Shown here piece after piece: positions 59,949 to 64,000 of a stretch of 64,000 bases of DNA; the first letter of the stretch is position 1; every line of letters starts with the position of its first letter. This DNA comes from an uncultured Candidatus Binatia bacterium (GTDB taxonomy: Bacteria; Desulfobacterota; Binatia; UBA9968; CAXXLF01), in contig OZ244621.1 of the NCBI GenBank assembly GCA_965218425.1, forward strand, positions 1,312,001-1,376,000, read 5' to 3'. Made by a program: the position numbers and the translations under genes. The notes beneath the pieces were generated by a model. It saw only the letters and a list, made by a program, of their open reading frames with translations, was not told the origin of the DNA and did no database searches.

Positions 59949-62900
59949 TTAGGCCCTGATAGAAACGTGAAACCTTCTTAGCGCCAGATCACCTAGAAAG
60001 AATAAGAGACTCAATCCAGACAAGGCCCACCAGGTCTCTTGGGCGGATTGTCTGCTGGTTTTACGCGGGGTAAACAGTCGTTCAAGCCCTTCTCTTAGAC
60101 CGTCCGGCCGTAATACCTCCCCACCCGTCTGCTCGGCCAAGTGGCTCAGCAATGGCGTATTCGGCCTGACCTCGCGGTATTCCTTCGAATAGGGAGCAAC
60201 ATAGGGGACCGTGGTTGCCGTCGAAGAAGGGTCTCCTCTTTCCCCTTGTTGGAAAATTGTGAGGAAGTAGGTCCCGTCGGTGGGGGCGGTAAATCGGGTT
60301 TCATAACGTCCGGGCGCAACCTGGTAAAACGGCCTCTCTTGACTGGCTTTGTTGGGACCTGTCAGAATCCCCTTAGGCGTGAGCTGATTTATAAAACGAC
60401 CGTCAGCTGAGAAAAAATCCACCTGGGTCCTGATCTCTTCTCCCTCCTGGCGAAACTGGGTCTGCACTTTGTTTTCCGATACTCTCTTCATGGCGCTCCG
60501 GGCAAGCTGACTCACCCAACGAGGGAACCCCTCCCACTTCACCCAGTCCTTTCCCCACCTACCGGTCAGATCTGAAGTGAAGGCGACGACCTTTCCCAAA
60601 CCATATCGCCAGGAGATCAACAGGGGATCATCATCCACTTTCATATGAATCTCCGAAACGGGTTTGGGGTGAGTCAAAACATACCCCTGCACGGCAGGAA
60701 TGCCCTTGGTTGAAAGTCCCCTCATGGGACCCGTAAATTGAATGACTTCGGGCCGGACAACTTTCTCCACTAAGAGGTCCTGCGAGATCAAAAGGGTTTC
60801 CGTGGTAAAAATCTGCGGAATGGTTCTGGGATCAACCGTCGCGTAGCCTCTTCCTTTTCCGATCCTGGCAATTTGAGCCATGAGGGCACGGTCTGCATCC
60901 CCGCCCACGGAAACCGTCGATACCGTCGTCGCCTCACCCGCCAACTTCTTCACCAGAGCCTGAAAATCACTTTTATCCGTGAGCCCGTCTGAAAGGACCA
61001 GCACGTGCTTGACGGCGGCCTCCTTGCTGGAAAAGGCTCGCTGGGCTTCGATCAGAGCCTTGTAGAGATCCGTTCCTCCATCGGATTGTAACGAAGCAAT
61101 ACGCTCGGAGATCCATTCTCCCCTCTCAACCCGGGTAAAGGGGATCACCCACTCCCATTCCGCGTCAAAGGCTAAAATGCCCACTTCATCCGAAGGGTTG
61201 AGCAACTCCGCAGAAGCGATGGCCGCCGCCTTGGCCAAATCCAACTTCGTCGCACCCCTTTCCCCCTCGCCCATGCTTCCCGATTTATCTAGAACAAATA
61301 GAAGGGCCACCTGGGGAAGCTCCAGACGTGCGGGAGGCCTCATTTCCACGGGAAGGACCCTTTCCAGGGGAGTCCGGTAATAGCCCCCTGCCCCATAGCT
61401 TTTCGGACCGCCAATGACAACCAATCCACCCCCCAGATCTCTGACATATTTTTCGATCACCTCCATCTTTGCCTGGGACAGATGATAGGCGGGTAGGTTA
61501 TCAAGCACCACGAGATCAAAGGCCGAGAGCTCTGCCAGGCTCAGGCGCCTTCTGGAGGCAGAGGCCTCAACCAATTCGTATCCCTGGACTTTCAAAGCGC
61601 CGGCCATAATACGCTGAGTGTTTTCCGGAGAATGTAAATAAAGAATCCTAGGCGGTCCCTTGACCTCGATGACACCTTGGAGGAGATTGTTCTCGGCAAG
61701 GGTATCGTCGCGAGATTCCACCAAGAGTTCCAGTGTGTGATTTCCCCTTTCCCTCAACACTTCTCTAAAACTAATCCAATTGGTCCCGGGTTTTAATGTG
61801 GCTTCGGTTTGTCTTCTAACGACACCGTCGCGCATGAGTTGGACGTTAACCGTGGTGTCACGGAGGCTTTGAATGGCCCCGCGGATCTCAAAGGTCTCCA
61901 CGCTGTCCACTCGATGAGGAAGCACCAGATCCTTCACATAAACCTCATTTCGACCCTGAAAGAAACTCACTGGATAAGCCCAAACTTGGACGCCATGGGA
62001 CTTGAGTAGCGGGATCAAGGCCGAAACCTTTCCGTGATTCTCATTGCCATCAGAAACAAGGAGTATCCTTCCCTCCCGGTCTCCGCCCAACTGAGCGTGG
62101 GCGGCCTGTAGAGCAGCCGCAATGTCAGTCTGCTCGCGGCCGCCGGGAAGCGAAAAGTCAAATTGAGGAAAATCCCCGCGGGGGAAAAATTCCCAAGCGG
62201 GGTGTTTAGCGAATGTCAGCAACCCGACCCTTGTCTTTGGGCCTTTGAGCCGTTGGGCTTCATCCAAGATGGGAAGAGACTCCTCCTTTGCCTGTTGTCC
62301 CACGCTGCGAGAATAATCCACCGTAAGGACCACATCCAGATCGTCCACAACTTTGGAAAATAAATTTGGGTTGACCAGGGCGATGATCACTGCCATGAGG
62401 GCAGGGATTCGAACCAGCAATGGATAGTAAGACCCACCCCCGCGAAATGCCATAAACCCCTCGGCCAGCAACAGAAATAAAACAAAGGCCAACAGATACG
62501 GCCATAGGGACATCCCCTTCGGAGTTGTCTCCATACTCACCGTCTCCGTTCGGGGCACCGGGGACACGGTGAAGGTCGAACGTATTTGCGACTCGCTTTC
62601 ACTAAATAGATTGACGGCGAACTGACCTGCACTCTCTCCCGCCCAGAAATTATAGAATCCCACCTCGAAGGTGTTAGGAAAAACCAGTGTTCTAGAGTTC
62701 TGCTCCAGGGTTTCCTCCTGGCGAGAAGGCGTTCTAACTTGAACCTGACCATAGGCCTCCTTGAGGCGAAGGGTATGGGAGGTCCCGGCTTGAACCTGAA
62801 CCGCAGGAAACTCGGCCTTTCCCGGACGGAACCAGGAGAAGGCATTTCCAAAGAGAATGGGAAAGGACACTCTGAATGGGAGATCCGAATTTAACAGATC

Positions 62901-63998
62901 GAAGCCGAAGATCAAGGTCTTGAGCCGATCCGTCTCCACGGCGTAAACGAGTGGGGTCTCCTCAGATCGAGCCAGGATCACCCCATCGCCAAGGGGAACC
63001 AAACGCAACGCCTCTTTGACAAACAACCGCTCGAGCCGAAGTCCTTCTGCCAGGGGATGATTTTCAGTCCACGGAACGGGCCGGGGCAAAACCACTTTCC
63101 CTTCCACTCTCAAAGGGATGCCTTCACCCACCGTATTGATGAGAATAAAATTCCCCTCCACAAGACGCGGGGATTCAATCCCATTGAGGACGATCACATC
63201 GTACTGTTTAACCTGTTCTGCCAAGGATTCACTGTCCAATTGGTCCGTGCGGGTAACGCGAACCTGCGGAAAAGAACGAAAGAGGTGCTCTAAAAATATA
63301 TTTTTCTTCCCCGCATAGAGGACGCGAAGCAGTGGAGACTCGGACAGTGCAAGGAAGGCCCGGTTGTCGGTCGGAAAGTCGTCAGCCACTGCCAGAAGCG
63401 CCGTGGCACGCTCCTTCAAGGATCCGCGGTAGGGATAGATCAAAACTCGTCTTTCCTGCGCGCCGACTTCCACAACCTCGCGCACCGGATTTTCATTTCC
63501 AATCATCACCGTCAACGGGGCACGGACCGGGCGAGAGGTAAAGTTTCTGATGCTTAGCATGATTTCATATTCGGCGGCGTTGGCCGAAACCCGTCTGAGT
63601 TCAAACCCGGTGATGGCTACGTTTTCACTTCCGCCCGTAACTCTTACCCACTGAAGGGATGGGGACTGCCAGGGGAGTTCCTCGATGCCCTCGAAGGCGC
63701 CATCGCTGATCACAACCACCCGATCGCCGCTCCCCTGACGGAGAAATGAATGGGCGAAGAGAACCGCCTCTTTAACTTTGGCCGGAGTATCGGTGGCGCG
63801 AACGCTTCGCGCAAAATCCCTCATCCTATTCTTGTCCGACGTGAAGGGCATTAAAACTCGGGGCGATGGACCCGCCTCGATGATCATCATGCGCTGGCCT
63901 GAAGTCTGGCTGTTGATCAAGGAACGTAATTCCCCACGGGCGGCTCGAAAGCGGCTGCCGGCGGATCCTTTCGCCTTCATGCTCGCGCTGGTATCCAA
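59949..63998 (-). CDS. Large multi-VWA membrane protein (5' end outside the window)
   Basis: MIDAS motifs DTSASM, DYSRSV and DKSGSM; SDG motifs; GATase-like GGGL..IGG..SYGAGGY; internal and C-terminal TM segments. Confidence 0.88.
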   Translation of the reverse strand: MDTSASMKAKGSAGSRFRAARGELRSLINSQTSGQRMMIIEAGPSPRVLMPFTSDKNRMRDFARSVRATDTPAKVKEAVLFAHSFLRQGSGDRVVVISDGAFEGIEELPWQSPSLQWVRVTGGSENVAITGFELRRVSANAAEYEIMLSIRNFTSRPVRAPLTVMIGNENPVREVVEVGAQERRVLIYPYRGSLKERATALLAVADDFPTDNRAFLALSESPLLRVLYAGKKNIFLEHLFRSFPQVRVTRTDQLDSESLAEQVKQYDVIVLNGIESPRLVEGNFILINTVGEGIPLRVEGKVVLPRPVPWTENHPLAEGLRLERLFVKEALRLVPLGDGVILARSEETPLVYAVETDRLKTLIFGFDLLNSDLPFRVSFPILFGNAFSWFRPGKAEFPAVQVQAGTSHTLRLKEAYGQVQVRTPSRQEETLEQNSRTLVFPNTFEVGFYNFWAGESAGQFAVNLFSESESQIRSTFTVSPVPRTETVSMETTPKGMSLWPYLLAFVLFLLLAEGFMAFRGGGSYYPLLVRIPALMAVIIALVNPNLFSKVVDDLDVVLTVDYSRSVGQQAKEESLPILDEAQRLKGPKTRVGLLTFAKHPAWEFFPRGDFPQFDFSLPGGREQTDIAAALQAAHAQLGGDREGRILLVSDGNENHGKVSALIPLLKSHGVQVWAYPVSFFQGRNEVYVKDLVLPHRVDSVETFEIRGAIQSLRDTTVNVQLMRDGVVRRQTEATLKPGTNWISFREVLRERGNHTLELLVESRDDTLAENNLLQGVIEVKGPPRILYLHSPENTQRIMAGALKVQGYELVEASASRRRLSLAELSAFDLVVLDNLPAYHLSQAKMEVIEKYVRDLGGGLVVIGGPKSYGAGGYYRTPLERVLPVEMRPPARLELPQVALLFVLDKSGSMGEGERGATKLDLAKAAAIASAELLNPSDEVGILAFDAEWEWVIPFTRVERGEWISERIASLQSDGGTDLYKALIEAQRAFSSKEAAVKHVLVLSDGLTDKSDFQALVKKLAGEATTVSTVSVGGDADRALMAQIARIGKGRGYATVDPRTIPQIFTTETLLISQDLLVEKVVRPEVIQFTGPMRGLSTKGIPAVQGYVLTHPKPVSEIHMKVDDDPLLISWRYGLGKVVAFTSDLTGRWGKDWVKWEGFPRWVSQLARSAMKRVSENKVQTQFRQEGEEIRTQVDFFSADGRFINQLTPKGILTGPNKASQERPFYQVAPGRYETRFTAPTDGTYFLTIFQQGERGDPSSTATTVPYVAPYSKEYREVRPNTPLLSHLAEQTGGEVLRPDGLREGLERLFTPRKTSRQSAQETWWALSGLSLLFFLGDLALRRFHVSIRA

Positions 63999-64000
63999 TA

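Noticed and set aside
1..64000. CRISPR array or cas genes
   Set aside because: No identical repeats with regular unique spacers and no Cas motifs; the periodic repeats are degenerate 7-10-mers.

Overview
Bacterial chromosome window with dense coding on both strands. The gene mix (many solute-binding proteins, an amidohydrolase, a cupin, a luciferase-like oxidoreductase, a CoA-transferase) resembles Candidatus Binatia or deltaproteobacterial genomes; this is an inference only. 1-26 kb is an accessory catabolic region. It holds an ABC transporter, three M24-fold proteins lacking the canonical metal ligands, ornithine cyclodeaminase-family genes, a beta-propeller, a MetE-like enzyme, hemH and putA. 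Several of these genes are broken: an amber stop, a frameshift explained by an 11-nt repeat collapse, a chimeric deletion remnant and a split enolase-superfamily gene. 26-48 kb is mostly housekeeping (tldD/pmbA, fsa, trpEG, folK, dapL) plus a degenerate IS1595-family element with perfect 18-bp TIRs. 49-52.3 kb is a decayed island at the 3' end of an initiator tRNA-Met. The window ends with a double-length UvrA and a large multi-VWA protein. The strongest hidden signal is an OsmC-family gene split by the ORF finder at an in-frame UGA. That UGA sits at the catalytic Cys position and is followed by a SECIS-like hairpin, so the gene is a probable selenoprotein, lying 29 nt upstream of a thioredoxin-TPR gene. 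Other notable items are an archaeal-type (class II) GAPDH homologue, and families of 7-nt and 9-nt periodic, palindromic and MITE-like intergenic repeats. All calls come from motif recognition by eye; no searches were run.
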